Source of the DNA: Limosilactobacillus sp.
Lineage (GTDB): Bacteria > Bacillota > Bacilli > Lactobacillales > Lactobacillaceae
Length of the DNA stretch: 64,000 nucleotides
NCBI RefSeq assembly: GCF_051873035.1
Contig: NZ_JBJEEL010000010.1
Location: 5,129-69,128 of the forward strand
Direction of reading: 5' to 3'
The notes beneath the pieces are model-generated. The model searched no databases. It worked only from the letters and a program-made list of their open reading frames with translations, and was not told the origin of the DNA. Of the stretch, positions 31,433-42,474 are shown one piece after another. The first letter of the stretch is position 1; each line of letters starts with the position of its first letter. A program made the translations under genes and the position numbers.

Positions 31433-32080
31433 TTAAGCTTTATCCGCGTGCTGCTTACTCCACGTGGCCGGGTCCTGGCGCCAGTCATTCAGTGAGGCTA
31501 GGTGGTCAGCACTAATTAGTCCCTGCTCCTTGGCAACGTTCACCAGGGTTGGGTAATTCGTCACGGCATAGTATTTAAGTCCCTGGGCAGCAAAATTTTG
31601 GGCCGCTGCTGGTAGCTGGTAGGTAAACACGGCTACTACGCCGACTACCTTGGCCCCCGCCTTATTAACGGCCGCGACCGCATTTAAGACACTGCCCCCG
31701 GTAGAAATTAGGTCATCAATCACCACGACTTCTGCTCCCGGTTTAATGACCCCTTCGATCTGTTTACCGCGGCCGTGGTCCTTTGGTTTGGACCGGACAT
31801 AAACTAGCGGTAACCCCATTTCTTCGGCAACCCAAGCTGCGTGGGGAATCCCGGCCGTCGCCGTACCGGCAATTACCTTAGCACTCGGAAAATGGTTCTT
31901 AATCAATTCCACCATTCCATGGTAGATTGACCGCCGGACCGCTGGATAAGAAATCGTCAAGCGGTTATCGGTATAGATTGGCGAATGAAGGCCACTGGCC
32001 CAAGTATAGGGGTGGTCCGGGCTTAACATTACTGCGTGAATTTCTAGTAGGTCTTTAGCCACCGTGTCTGCATAGTTCAT
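31433..32080 (-). CDS. pyrE: Orotate phosphoribosyltransferase
   Basis: WASGLHSPIYTDNR and VIDDLISTGGS motifs. Confidence 0.97.
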   Translation of the reverse strand: MNYADTVAKDLLEIHAVMLSPDHPYTWASGLHSPIYTDNRLTISYPAVRRSIYHGMVELIKNHFPSAKVIAGTATAGIPHAAWVAEEMGLPLVYVRSKPKDHGRGKQIEGVIKPGAEVVVIDDLISTGGSVLNAVAAVNKAGAKVVGVVAVFTYQLPAAAQNFAAQGLKYYAVTNYPTLVNVAKEQGLISADHLASLNDWRQDPATWSKQHADKA

Positions 32081-32081
32081 A

Positions 32082-32807
32082 TTAGTCCGCCTCCGTTAAA
32101 AATTCTTTCTCAATAGCCTGATAAGCCGTTACCGGGTCCGAAGCCTGGGTAATTGGCCGGCCGACAACAATCGCATTACTGCCAAGTACATGGGCCTGAT
32201 GCGGCGTTACTACTCGCTTTTGGTCCCCCTTGGCAAAACCCTGTGGCCGGATCCCCGGGGTTACACACAGGAAGTCCGAACCGGTGACCTGACGAATAGC
32301 CCGCACTTCCTGCGCGGAACAAACCACCCCGTCGGCACCGGCGTGTTCCGCCAGTTGGGCATAGTTCTGGACCGATTCGACTAGGGAGAGCGCAACGTGT
32401 TGCTCATTATGCAAGACTTTTTCGTCAATCGAAGTCAACTGGGTAATTGCCAACAGCTTGGGTGCCGGTAGACCCGCTGCGGCGGCACCCGCCCGTAAGC
32501 CCTGTGCACCAGCGGCTACCATTGCACTACCACCAGCCGCGTGAATAGTCGTAAAATCAACCCCTAATTGGCCAAGAACAAACATGGCCCGTTGAACCGT
32601 GTTCGGAATATCATGAAGTTTAAGATCAAGGAAAATCTTAAATCCCCGGTGTTGGGCCTCCTTAATGATGGCCGGACCAAAATGGTAGTACAGCTCCATC
32701 CCGATTTTAAGAATTGGCCGCGGTTCTACCGTCAACTGGTCAAATAACGCTAATGCCGCATCCTTGGTTGCCACATCAATTGCGACCATTGGTGAATATC
32801 GTTTCAA
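32082..32807 (-). CDS. pyrF: Orotidine-5'-phosphate decarboxylase
   Basis: FLDLKLHDIPNT, VTPGIR and VVGRPIT motifs; TTG 32807 behind GGAGGT. Confidence 0.96.
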   Translation of the reverse strand: MKRYSPMVAIDVATKDAALALFDQLTVEPRPILKIGMELYYHFGPAIIKEAQHRGFKIFLDLKLHDIPNTVQRAMFVLGQLGVDFTTIHAAGGSAMVAAGAQGLRAGAAAAGLPAPKLLAITQLTSIDEKVLHNEQHVALSLVESVQNYAQLAEHAGADGVVCSAQEVRAIRQVTGSDFLCVTPGIRPQGFAKGDQKRVVTPHQAHVLGSNAIVVGRPITQASDPVTAYQAIEKEFLTEAD

Positions 32808-33733
32808 AATCTTACCTCCCATAGGTCCGTCAAGCGCTTAACTCCGTAGCGGTCCATTACAAGTGGCAGGTCGGCCACAATCCGTGGACAGGCCAGCGGG
32901 TCATGGAAACTTGCCGCCCCCACTTCGACAGCGTTCGCACCGGCCATCATAAACTCCAGGACGTCTTCAGCGGTCTCGATCCCACCGACACCGATAATCG
33001 GTAGCTTAGAAACGGACCGGACCTGGTGAATCATCCGCAGGGCCAGTGGCTTTAAGGCCGGGCCGGACAGGCCGCCCGTTACGTTGGCCAGGACCGGCCG
33101 GCGGGTCTTGAGGTTAATGCTTAACCCGGTCAGGGTATTAATCATCGTCAGACCGTTGGCACCGCCCCGTTCAGCCGCCTGGGCTAACGGTACGATGTTA
33201 GTAACATTAGGCGTTAATTTGACATAGATCGGCTTGCCATTGGCCTGGCGAACCACCTTGCTGGTCAGGTCCTCTAAAACGGCCGGGTCAGTTCCCATCG
33301 CTAGGCCACCGTGCTTCACATTGGGACAGGAGACGTTAAGTTCAATCGCATTCACTTCTGGTGCCGCGGCCAGCCGGTGAACCACCGTCTCGTATTCGGC
33401 CGTCGAGAAGCCTGCCGCACTAGCAATTACTGGTAGATTTGGGTAGTGTGTCCGTAACCATGGTAGTTTTTCACGGACGACCGCATCGACCCCCACGTTT
33501 TGCAGGCCGTTAGCATTTAACCAGCCGGCACTGGTTTCACAAACCCGCGGGCGCGGATTCCCCGACCGGGCATGAAGAGTGGTCGATTTTAATACCAGTG
33601 AACCGAGGCGGTTTAAATCATAGTTTTGGGCAATTTGTTGGCCGTAGCCACAGGTCCCGCTTGCCGGGATCACCGGGTTTTTCAGTGCTAAGCCCGGTAG
33701 GTTGACTGCTAGCCGTTGTGCAGTTTCCATCAT
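32804..33733 (-). CDS. pyrD: Dihydroorotate dehydrogenase, family 1 catalytic subunit
   Basis: ASGTCG, ELNVSCPN, VKLTPN and GGLSG motifs. Confidence 0.95.
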   Translation of the reverse strand: MMETAQRLAVNLPGLALKNPVIPASGTCGYGQQIAQNYDLNRLGSLVLKSTTLHARSGNPRPRVCETSAGWLNANGLQNVGVDAVVREKLPWLRTHYPNLPVIASAAGFSTAEYETVVHRLAAAPEVNAIELNVSCPNVKHGGLAMGTDPAVLEDLTSKVVRQANGKPIYVKLTPNVTNIVPLAQAAERGGANGLTMINTLTGLSINLKTRRPVLANVTGGLSGPALKPLALRMIHQVRSVSKLPIIGVGGIETAEDVLEFMMAGANAVEVGAASFHDPLACPRIVADLPLVMDRYGVKRLTDLWEVRF

Positions 33734-33758
33734 TAGGTGCTCCCTTCGTTTGCGACAA

Positions 33759-33872
33759 CAAAAAACAGCGACCACCTAATCCATTCCTGATTAAGCGATC
33801 GCCGTGCTTTTTCTCTTCTCTATTATGCCAAACACCGTACCGTTTTGCTCTCACAGGAGTCAATTAAATGGT
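33759..33872 (-). promoter_or_regulatory. Second (degenerate) PyrR-binding loop and attenuator terminator
   Basis: AUUUAAUUGACUCCUGUGAGAGC, followed by hairpin ACGGCGAUCGCUUAAUC/GAUUAGGUGGUCGCUGU and U7. Confidence 0.55.
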
Positions 33873-33965
33873 TCTCGTATTTAACAAAATACCCTAGATC
33901 ACATTGATGGTCCCGCACGCGGATCTTAAGTCCACCGGGTCAAGGCTGGAGAAATTCTGTAAAAT

Positions 33966-34097
33966 AAAAGCCTTCTTAGGTGGACTAAGAAGGCCGTCTT
34001 TGGTAACGCACAATTAAAATCCTTCTTAGCCTCTCTGGACTAGTTTAAAGGTAAATTTGTTACTAATGATAATACTCACTCTATTCGTAAAAGTCAA
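33966..34097 (-). promoter_or_regulatory. pyr promoter with PyrR-binding loop and attenuator
   Basis: TTGACT-17-TATTAT; CUUUAAACUAGUCCAGAGAGGCUAAGAAGG matches the PyrR consensus ARUCCNGNGAGGYU; terminator GCCUUCUUAG/CUAAGAAGGC-UUUU. Confidence 0.85.
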
Positions 34098-34102
34098 CAC
34101 CG

Positions 34103-35338
34103 TTAGTCAATCTCTTGCCCCGTTTTACTATTAACAAAGTCCCGCTGAATCAAGACCGAGACCAACATCGCAACTACGTCAATGATTACGAAAACGATCA
34201 GGGTAACGTAGTAATTATGCAGGACCTGGTGGGTGTATGAAAGGAGGACTGGTCCAACCATCCCGGCCGCGGCCCAGGCCGTCAAAATATAACCGTGAAT
34301 GGCCCCTAACTGCTTAGTGCCAAAGACATCCCCCAGGTAGGCAGGAATTACCGAAAAACCGGCCCCGTAACACGAAAGTAACAGGCAAAGGGCAAGGGCA
34401 AAGAGCAGTGGCGTCTTGCAAACCAAAAGAACAAAGAGCATCGCAATGTCTAGAATAAAGATTAGGCTATAGGTTAGTGGGCGCCCGATGTAATCGGACA
34501 GGGTCGCCCAGGCCAGCCGACCAAAACCATTAAAGAGGCCGATGATCCCGACCATCACTGCAGCCGCACTTGCCGTCATGGCCGTCATATTTTGGGCCAT
34601 TGGGGAAGCAGCCGATACCAGGCCGATACCAGTCGTAATGTTAATAAAGAACATCAACCAGAGGAAAGCAAAGGTCCGGGTACGTAATGCCTGGTTGGCC
34701 GTCAATTCCTGCCCCGTCAAGCTAACCCGCCGCGCCTTTTGGGCAATTGCTTGGGGAAGTTCGTGGGGACGGGGCTTTTTAATAAACTGTGCGGCAATGA
34801 TCATTACCAAGAAGTAAAAGGCCCCCAGAACGTAGAAGGTATTAGCAACGCCTACCGCCGCCATCAGTTTTTGGGCAACCGGGCCGGTTAACAGGGCCGC
34901 GAAGCCGAAGCCCATAATGGCCAAGCCGGTAGCTAACCCCCGCTTATCCGGGAACCAGCGAATGATGGTAGAAACCGGGGTAACGTAGCCTGAGCCTAGT
35001 CCGAGGCCCCCGATAACACCATAGGCCAGGTAAAGCAGCCACAGCTGGTGGCTTTGCACCGCCAACCCGGTCAGTGCAATTCCCGATCCATAACAAACAC
35101 TAGCAATGGTTCCGGTAACGGTTGGCCCAAACTTTTCGACTAGTCGGCCCATAAAGGCGGCTGACATTCCTAAAAAGAAAATTGCGAGGCTAAAGGCAAA
35201 CGAAACTGCTGTTTCCCGCCAACCCGTTTGCTGGGAAATGGGCTTGGTAAAAACGCTCCAGGCATAGACACCCCCAATCATTAAGTGGAGAACTACCCCG
35301 GCCAGTGCAACACCATATCGATTCCGTGACTTGGTCAT
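34103..35338 (-). CDS. OFA (oxalate:formate antiporter) family MFS permease
   Basis: GGVYAWSVF, WFPDKRGLATGLAIMGFG and FNGFGRLAW..LSD.IGR motifs. Confidence 0.9.
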   Translation of the reverse strand: MTKSRNRYGVALAGVVLHLMIGGVYAWSVFTKPISQQTGWRETAVSFAFSLAIFFLGMSAAFMGRLVEKFGPTVTGTIASVCYGSGIALTGLAVQSHQLWLLYLAYGVIGGLGLGSGYVTPVSTIIRWFPDKRGLATGLAIMGFGFAALLTGPVAQKLMAAVGVANTFYVLGAFYFLVMIIAAQFIKKPRPHELPQAIAQKARRVSLTGQELTANQALRTRTFAFLWLMFFINITTGIGLVSAASPMAQNMTAMTASAAAVMVGIIGLFNGFGRLAWATLSDYIGRPLTYSLIFILDIAMLFVLLVCKTPLLFALALCLLLSCYGAGFSVIPAYLGDVFGTKQLGAIHGYILTAWAAAGMVGPVLLSYTHQVLHNYYVTLIVFVIIDVVAMLVSVLIQRDFVNSKTGQEID

Positions 35339-35358
35339 CAAATATCCTTCCTCTCAGT

Positions 35359-35524
35359 AAAACGCGAACAATATTATATATATTACCGATTAAATTCGGT
35401 GTTTAAACAGTAACACAGGGAGGAGTTATCGACAATGGTTAATTTCATTTCTAATTAAAGTTTAACTTTACGGCCCTGACATCCCGAACATTCCGTTTTC
35501 GCCCACGTTGCCAAAACCGAACAA
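35359..35524. promoter_or_regulatory. Cluster of four PurBox-like sites upstream of the OFA permease
   Basis: AAACGCGAACAAT, AAATTCGGTGTTT (reverse), ATCCCGAACATT and AAAACCGAACAAT. Confidence 0.6.
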
Positions 35525-35561
35525 TAAAAAAAAGACCGGTTTGAAAACCGATCCCTATTAA

Positions 35562-35942
35562 CTAAACGACCATACTCAGTAGCCATACCGCGACTAACCC
35601 ACTAATTACCGACATCGACATCGAGCGGGTAAAGTAGGCGACGATCATTACGATTATCGCCGCCAGTATTTGTTCAACATGGCCAAACGGTACGAAGTGA
35701 TAACCAGCCGTCGTAATAAAAACGTTTTTAACCACCAGGGCCGTAAAGAGGCTCACTGGCACATATTTCATCCATTCATTAAACCATTCCGGTATTTTAC
35801 GGGTTGAGAAAAAGAGGACCGGGAAATACCGGGGAATGAAGGCGGCCGCGGCCGCGATCACAATTACAATGATATGATATAAAATTTTATTCTGCCCGGT
35901 ATCCGTGATCAGCACCGGCATATTTGTAAATAGTTGTTCCAT
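35562..35942 (-). CDS. azlD: AzlD family branched-chain amino acid transport protein
   Basis: IPRYFP...W..YVP..LF.ALV pattern; follows azlC. Confidence 0.85.
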   Translation of the reverse strand: MEQLFTNMPVLITDTGQNKILYHIIVIVIAAAAAFIPRYFPVLFFSTRKIPEWFNEWMKYVPVSLFTALVVKNVFITTAGYHFVPFGHVEQILAAIIVMIVAYFTRSMSMSVISGLVAVWLLSMVV

Positions 35943-35954
35943 CAGCTGTCCCCA

Positions 35955-36809
35955 CTATTTATCCTTCGGTTGTTTTTCGTCTGCTTCAAGTTCCTGCTTA
36001 GCCATCTTCATTTCCCGGCGTTCTTGTTGGTCTTCAACGGTGGTCCGGGTAATCTTCGGCCGGAAGATCTTAGTTAAGAACCAATTCTCTTCCGGTTTAC
36101 TACTATGTTGACGGACAGTATTTTCAATCAAGAAACCGACAAAGGATGCAATCAGCGTTGCAATAATTACCCCGATGATGCTGTGGGTCCAAACCATAAA
36201 GCAGACCGCCAGCACTGCCGAAAGCAGGCTGATTAAGAAGGTCAGGTGGTTTTGAACCTGCATCACGATCATGTACAAGAACAGGGCCGTCAACGCAAAG
36301 TCAACTACTTCCAAGTTGATGGAAATGGCACTACCGATCAGGCCCCCGACCATGTTGGCCACTGACCATGAAATCAGTGAATAGTGCTCAACCAGTAGGG
36401 CATCTTTGGGTGTCCATTTCTTATCCGTCGCAAACTTCAAATAGTTAATGGCATAGTTTTCATCGTTCATCGAAACCGCGAACAGCCAAATGAAGTGTTG
36501 TGATTCACTCTTAATATATTTGGACAGGCTGGATCCCAGTAATGCATACCGTAACTCCAAGAAAAACAGGGTTACAAAAATCGATGATAGGGGTGCATTA
36601 ATCGTCAGCAGAGAAGCCAAAATAAACTGGGCTCCACCTGAAAAGACAACTATCGACACAACCAGGGTCATAATAAAATCAAACCCCGCCGCATGTAATA
36701 AAATCCCACAAGCTAAACCAATTGGAATATAGCTCAAGCAAAGTGGCATTGCAACACCAAGGACTTCAAGCCACCGTGCTTTTTCTGGATTTATTTGTGC
36801 TTTTGCCAC
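35955..36809 (-). CDS. azlC: AzlC family permease
   Basis: YIPIGLACG, FSGGAQF, NDENYA and DFALTALF motifs; GTG 36809 behind GGAGG. Confidence 0.9.
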   Translation of the reverse strand: MAKAQINPEKARWLEVLGVAMPLCLSYIPIGLACGILLHAAGFDFIMTLVVSIVVFSGGAQFILASLLTINAPLSSIFVTLFFLELRYALLGSSLSKYIKSESQHFIWLFAVSMNDENYAINYLKFATDKKWTPKDALLVEHYSLISWSVANMVGGLIGSAISINLEVVDFALTALFLYMIVMQVQNHLTFLISLLSAVLAVCFMVWTHSIIGVIIATLIASFVGFLIENTVRQHSSKPEENWFLTKIFRPKITRTTVEDQQERREMKMAKQELEADEKQPKDK

Positions 36810-36900
36810 AGAATTTCCTCCAATGTTTGTCAACTCATTTAATTATCAAGGCACACAATGCCTCTTAAGTCTAACATAGAATATTTTACTTGAATATAAA

Positions 36901-36933
36901 AGAGCGAAAAATTTCCCAGGAAATTTCCGCTCT
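36901..36933. terminator. Hairpin after the histidine kinase gene, containing an NBS-like core
   Basis: AGAGCGAAAAATTTCCCAGGAAATTTCCGCTCT; core ATTTCCCAGGAAAT is 1 mismatch from the Noc-binding consensus. Confidence 0.55.
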
Positions 36934-36934
36934 T

Positions 36935-38080
36935 TTACTCATGCGCTTGCATTTTATTATCCTGTTTTAAAGGCAGGGTCACAATAAAGGCCGTTTCGTC
37001 ATCGTCCGAAGTTACCCGGACCGACCCGTGGTGTAGGTCCACAATGCTCTTGACAATTGCCAATCCGAGCCCGGTGCCCCCGGTGGCCCGGGAACGAGAG
37101 GCCTCCGCCCGGTAAAAGCGCTCAAAGAGGTGGTCTAATGCCTGGGGTGGGATTGGGGTCCCATCATTGGCTACCGTTACCTCAACGTTACCACCCTTTT
37201 GCAGGGCATTAACCTTAATGTAGCTTGCACCATTGCCATATTTAAAGGCATTGGCCACTAGGTTATTAAATACCCGCCCTAACTTTTCGGGATCGGCCTC
37301 AATCATTAAGGGGTTGGGGACGACCTTCGAGGAGATATTAATTCCCCGGTGTTGGGCCTCGAGCTCAAAGCTGGCTGTCAACTGCTCTAACAGCTGGTTT
37401 AGGTCAACCCGCATGATATTTACTGGTGCACCATGCTGTTGTACCTTGGTGTATTCGAACAGGTCCTCGACTAACGTTTTCATCTGTTTGGCCTTTTCGT
37501 AGGCCGTGTGCGTATATTTGAGGATGTCTTCTTCACTTTGGTACTGTTTATCCTCAATCAAGCCCAGGTAGCCGATGATACTCGTAAGGGGGGTCCGTAA
37601 GTCATGACTAACGTTGGTAATGAGCTCATCCTTTGACTTTTCAATCTTACGCTCGTCATCCATCGACTTAACGGCGCTGTCAACCAGGGCATTGACACTA
37701 CTGATCACGTGCTGTTGGTTTCCCTTTAACCGAAAGGGAATCCGGTGGTCAAGGTGGCCCTGGGCAATGTAGTGCAGTTCCCCAATGATGTGGTTCATCT
37801 GGTACAAGTGGTAACGCCGGCGCAGGCGCCACCATACAACCCAGGCATCAATTACTACAAAAATAGCAATTAGGATCCGCTGGTAGCTCCAGATCTGGGT
37901 TTGGTAAGGGCCAATCCGGAGCGACTGTTTGATGATAAAGATCCCGTTCGTCACGCCGGGGTTGCCCTGGATAATGTCTTGGATGATCATGATGATCGCC
38001 ATGTTTAGCAACACCAGCAAGATCACGGTGACGACCCCTTCAAAGATTAATGAACTTTTTTCACGCCCCGTTAACTTCAC
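36935..38080 (-). CDS. Sensor histidine kinase (CroS/CesK-like)
   Basis: H-box SHDLRTPLT, N-box NLVANAFKY and G-box GTGLGLAI; two N-terminal TM segments. Confidence 0.93.
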   Translation of the reverse strand: MKLTGREKSSLIFEGVVTVILLVLLNMAIIMIIQDIIQGNPGVTNGIFIIKQSLRIGPYQTQIWSYQRILIAIFVVIDAWVVWWRLRRRYHLYQMNHIIGELHYIAQGHLDHRIPFRLKGNQQHVISSVNALVDSAVKSMDDERKIEKSKDELITNVSHDLRTPLTSIIGYLGLIEDKQYQSEEDILKYTHTAYEKAKQMKTLVEDLFEYTKVQQHGAPVNIMRVDLNQLLEQLTASFELEAQHRGINISSKVVPNPLMIEADPEKLGRVFNNLVANAFKYGNGASYIKVNALQKGGNVEVTVANDGTPIPPQALDHLFERFYRAEASRSRATGGTGLGLAIVKSIVDLHHGSVRVTSDDDETAFIVTLPLKQDNKMQAHE

Positions 38081-38103
38081 TTTTTACCTCCCGGCAGTTA
38101 CTA

Positions 38104-38793
38104 CTAGTGACTTTCGACCTTGTAACCAACACCCCAAACGGTTTGAATTACCTTTTCACCGTTAGTGGCCTCTTCAATTTTATCCCGCAAGTGACTGACG
38201 TGGACCATCACCGTCTTAGCAGAAACAACACTTTCCTGTTGCCAAACCCGCTCAAAGATATCATCAGCGGAAAAGACCCGGTTCGGGTGACTGGCTAAGA
38301 GGTAAAGGATCCCAAATTCCAGGGCCGTTAACTGGATGACGTCCCCCTTAATTGTCTTAACTTCGTGAGAATCCTTGTTAATAATCAGTGGACCCACGTT
38401 TAATACGTCCGGCTGGTCGTTAGTGACCTCGCCCTGGCTCCGCCGTAACAGCGACTTTACCCGGGCCATTACTTCTAGTGGGTTAAAGGGTTTGGTGACG
38501 TAGTCGTCCGCCCCGGAAATCAGGCCCTGAATCTTATCCATGTCCGCGGTCTTGGCCGACAATACCAGGATCGGAATGTCTGAATCCTTCCGAATTTGCT
38601 TGATGACCTGCATCCCATCCATTTCTGGCATCATTAAATCTAGGATTACTAAGCTAATGCCAGGGTTAGTGTTGAGTTTGGTAAGGGCCTCCTTACCGTT
38701 ATAGGCCGACACTGGCTCGTAGCCTTCGTTGCGGATATAAATCTCGAGCAGTTGAACAATCTCTTTATCGTCATCGACAACTAAAATTTTCAT
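38104..38793 (-). CDS. OmpR-family response regulator (CroR/CesR-like)
   Basis: KILVVDDD, LDLMMP, DDYVTKPF and TVWGVGYK motifs. Confidence 0.95.
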   Translation of the reverse strand: MKILVVDDDKEIVQLLEIYIRNEGYEPVSAYNGKEALTKLNTNPGISLVILDLMMPEMDGMQVIKQIRKDSDIPILVLSAKTADMDKIQGLISGADDYVTKPFNPLEVMARVKSLLRRSQGEVTNDQPDVLNVGPLIINKDSHEVKTIKGDVIQLTALEFGILYLLASHPNRVFSADDIFERVWQQESVVSAKTVMVHVSHLRDKIEEATNGEKVIQTVWGVGYKVESH

Positions 38794-38903
38794 AATCTGG
38801 CCACTCCTTACTAATTCGAATACTCTAATATACTATTATAACTAATCACCGGTCAAAGCGCCCCTTTTGCTAACTGCCTTAAGAAAACTTTAGCTAAGCA
38901 CGC

Positions 38904-39908
38904 TTAATTTTCCGCGTCTAGGTTCGCCGTTTCCAGGCCCAGACTCTTACGCAAAACATTCGATACTCGTTGCTGTTCATCCTTAGGCACCACTTCAAAG
39001 GCCTGACCATCATCACTTTCTCCTTCACCTTGCGCATGGTCTTGGCTAATGTTTCGGGTAGCCTTACGGTAGTGACGGGCCAGCTGGAGCATGTTGTTAA
39101 AGGTCAAGTCCGTCTTGGAGTTATGCGAGATCGACCGTAAGAACTGCTGGTTCAAGACTGTCTTGTAGGAAACCGACTTCTTCAAGAGGGCCTTGATCAC
39201 CAGTTTTTGCCGCTGCTGCCGTCCATAATCACCTTGGGGATCATCATACCGCATCCGGCTAAATTTCAGTGCCTCGGCGCCGTTTAAGTGGTAGGTCTGA
39301 CCCTTGGTAAAGTGGCTACCCTCATAATCAAAGGTTAGTGGTGACGTGACGTTGACCCCGCCAACCTGGTTAATGGCCTGCTTTAGGCCCCCCATGTTAA
39401 CCAAGACATAGTAGTCAATCGGGATATTGAAGTGCTTTTGCAAGACGTTGATCGTCTCCTTCACCCCACCATAGGTATAGGCAGCGTTGATCTTCGCAGG
39501 AGAATCTTCAGGATAGCCCGGCAGGTTAACCTTCATGTCCCGCGGAATGCTGACCAGCGTCGTCTTGTTCGTCTGCGGGTTAATTGTCATGATCATCACC
39601 GTATCAGTCCGTCCCTTGTATGACCGCCCCAAAGCTCCGGTATCAGTTCCCAGCAAGAGAATTGACACGGGCCGCCGCTGGTCTAAGACCTTTTGGGCAT
39701 CTCGCTGACGACTGGCTCCCGAAGAGTTAAACATATTATTAGTAGTGACCTTAACATTACGCCAGGCCATAAAGGCATAGATGCCAGCAATAATTACGAT
39801 AATTACAACGATAATACCGAAGATCTTCCGTCCCCGGTGCTGGTGAGAACCGCGGTTATGCCGTTGTTGGTACTCACGCCGTCTTTCGCGTGGTTCCTGA
39901 TTATCCAT
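38904..39908 (-). CDS. LytR-CpsA-Psr (LCP) family glycopolymer transferase
   Basis: ILLLGTD, RTDT, SIPRD, KINAAY and D.GRQQRQ motifs; N-terminal TM; ATG 39908. Confidence 0.93.
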   Translation of the reverse strand: MDNQEPRERRREYQQRHNRGSHQHRGRKIFGIIVVIIVIIAGIYAFMAWRNVKVTTNNMFNSSGASRQRDAQKVLDQRRPVSILLLGTDTGALGRSYKGRTDTVMIMTINPQTNKTTLVSIPRDMKVNLPGYPEDSPAKINAAYTYGGVKETINVLQKHFNIPIDYYVLVNMGGLKQAINQVGGVNVTSPLTFDYEGSHFTKGQTYHLNGAEALKFSRMRYDDPQGDYGRQQRQKLVIKALLKKSVSYKTVLNQQFLRSISHNSKTDLTFNNMLQLARHYRKATRNISQDHAQGEGESDDGQAFEVVPKDEQQRVSNVLRKSLGLETANLDAEN

Positions 39909-40009
39909 AGTTACTCTCCCTAATGTAATGAAAATACAGTTCAACTCTGATTGTACCAGTTTCAGCCCTAAACTGCAGTATCACCGCCTAATTCTTCACC
40001 AACGCATAA

Positions 40010-40183
40010 AAGAGGACGGTAACTTAAGTCTGTTAGATCGGTCAAAAGTCAACGGTGCGGGACACAAATGGGGTCCAAAGTTCGGTAAAACCGAACTCTG
40101 GGCCCCATTGTGCTTACGGTAGTGGCAGTTAGCCTAGCTACGCGTCGTGAAGACAAGTCGTAACCGACCTCTGTCACACTCCT
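40010..40183. repeat. MITE/REP-like dispersed element, copy B (diverged)
   Basis: Shares the ACACAAAT-GG-TCC..TTCGGTAAAACCGAACTCTGG core and the right end AAGTCGTAACCGAC(C/T)TCTGTC.CACTCC. Confidence 0.75.
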
Positions 40184-40198
40184 GATAAAGCATCATGT

Positions 40199-41344
<1,146 letters not shown>

Positions 41345-41410
41345 TCATACACACTCCTTAAATTTGTTAGGTCAATGCTACTCGGATTTACCAATAAAAT
41401 CAAGAAAAAG

Positions 41411-42361
41411 TTAAGATTTCTGTGTATATCGCAGCAAATTGTTCGCACTTTCCTGATCAATTACCAGCGTATTGGCGTAACCAGCGGTTAAAACGCCATT
41501 AATTGCTGGTACCTTGGCGACATTGGCCGCCACTAAAATACTGTGCTTCTTCTTTTTCAATTCGGGCAGGTCAATACCAATGGTCCGCTGGTCAATTTGC
41601 TGGTCTACTATCTGGCCCTGGTCATCAATAAAACGTGAGAAAACATCCCCAACGGCCTCTTTTTGCAGGGTCCGTTGTTCCGCTTCCGTAAAATAACCCA
41701 GGTGAAATAACATTGCCGAATCCCGTACGGTCCCAACGGTAAAGAGGGCAATCTCTGCCTGGCGTCCTAGCTTCAGGATGTATTTAATATGCGTATCGTT
41801 AGCAACTAATTCCCGTGTTTTCGCATGGTCAAAGATAACCGGCACTGGTAAGTACTGGGGAAGGGTGTTAAAGGCCCCCGCCAAGGTGTTAACCGTTTCA
41901 AACGCATAATTACGGGTCTTAGTATTAGCCATACTTCCCTTCATCTGCACGACCTGGACTCCGGAAACATCTTTCGGGTCGATATTAAGGGCGACCTGGT
42001 AGACGGTTCGGCCCCAGCCTAGGCCAACGATCTCATTATCCTTAACGATTTTTTCAAGGTAGTGTGCACCGGCTACCCCTACTTCCTCGAGGGGGTTATC
42101 CTTACCCGGGACAATAATAATTTTCTTAAGTGCCGGATACTTAGCTAGTAGGTCCGTTTCTAACTGGTGTAAGGGGGCCAGGGGATTATTAATCTTAATC
42201 GTTACCAGGCCCTGTTCGCGGCCAAATTGTAGTAACCGTGAGACCGTTGCCCGGGAAATATTTAATTCCGTCGCAATGTCTTGCTGGTTAAAGCCATCCC
42301 GGTAGTACAGCGTGGCGACCTTAAGTGCCTGGTTAATTTTCTTATTAACGTCGTTTTCCAT
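41411..42361 (-). CDS. deoR: SorC-family deoxyribonucleoside regulator
   Basis: N-terminal HTH (LYY.DG.NQ..IA..L.ISR.TVSRLL) and a sugar-binding domain (GLGWGRT); last gene of the deo cluster. Confidence 0.88.
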   Translation of the reverse strand: MENDVNKKINQALKVATLYYRDGFNQQDIATELNISRATVSRLLQFGREQGLVTIKINNPLAPLHQLETDLLAKYPALKKIIIVPGKDNPLEEVGVAGAHYLEKIVKDNEIVGLGWGRTVYQVALNIDPKDVSGVQVVQMKGSMANTKTRNYAFETVNTLAGAFNTLPQYLPVPVIFDHAKTRELVANDTHIKYILKLGRQAEIALFTVGTVRDSAMLFHLGYFTEAEQRTLQKEAVGDVFSRFIDDQGQIVDQQIDQRTIGIDLPELKKKKHSILVAANVAKVPAINGVLTAGYANTLVIDQESANNLLRYTQKS

Positions 42362-42474
42362 TTAATGAACCTCCTTCACCACAATAAGGGTCCGTACAGA
42401 AATGCATCTACCACGGGCCCTTATTGTGATTCCCTTTAATTCGGACGTCGCTTATTTATGGTTATTATATACCA

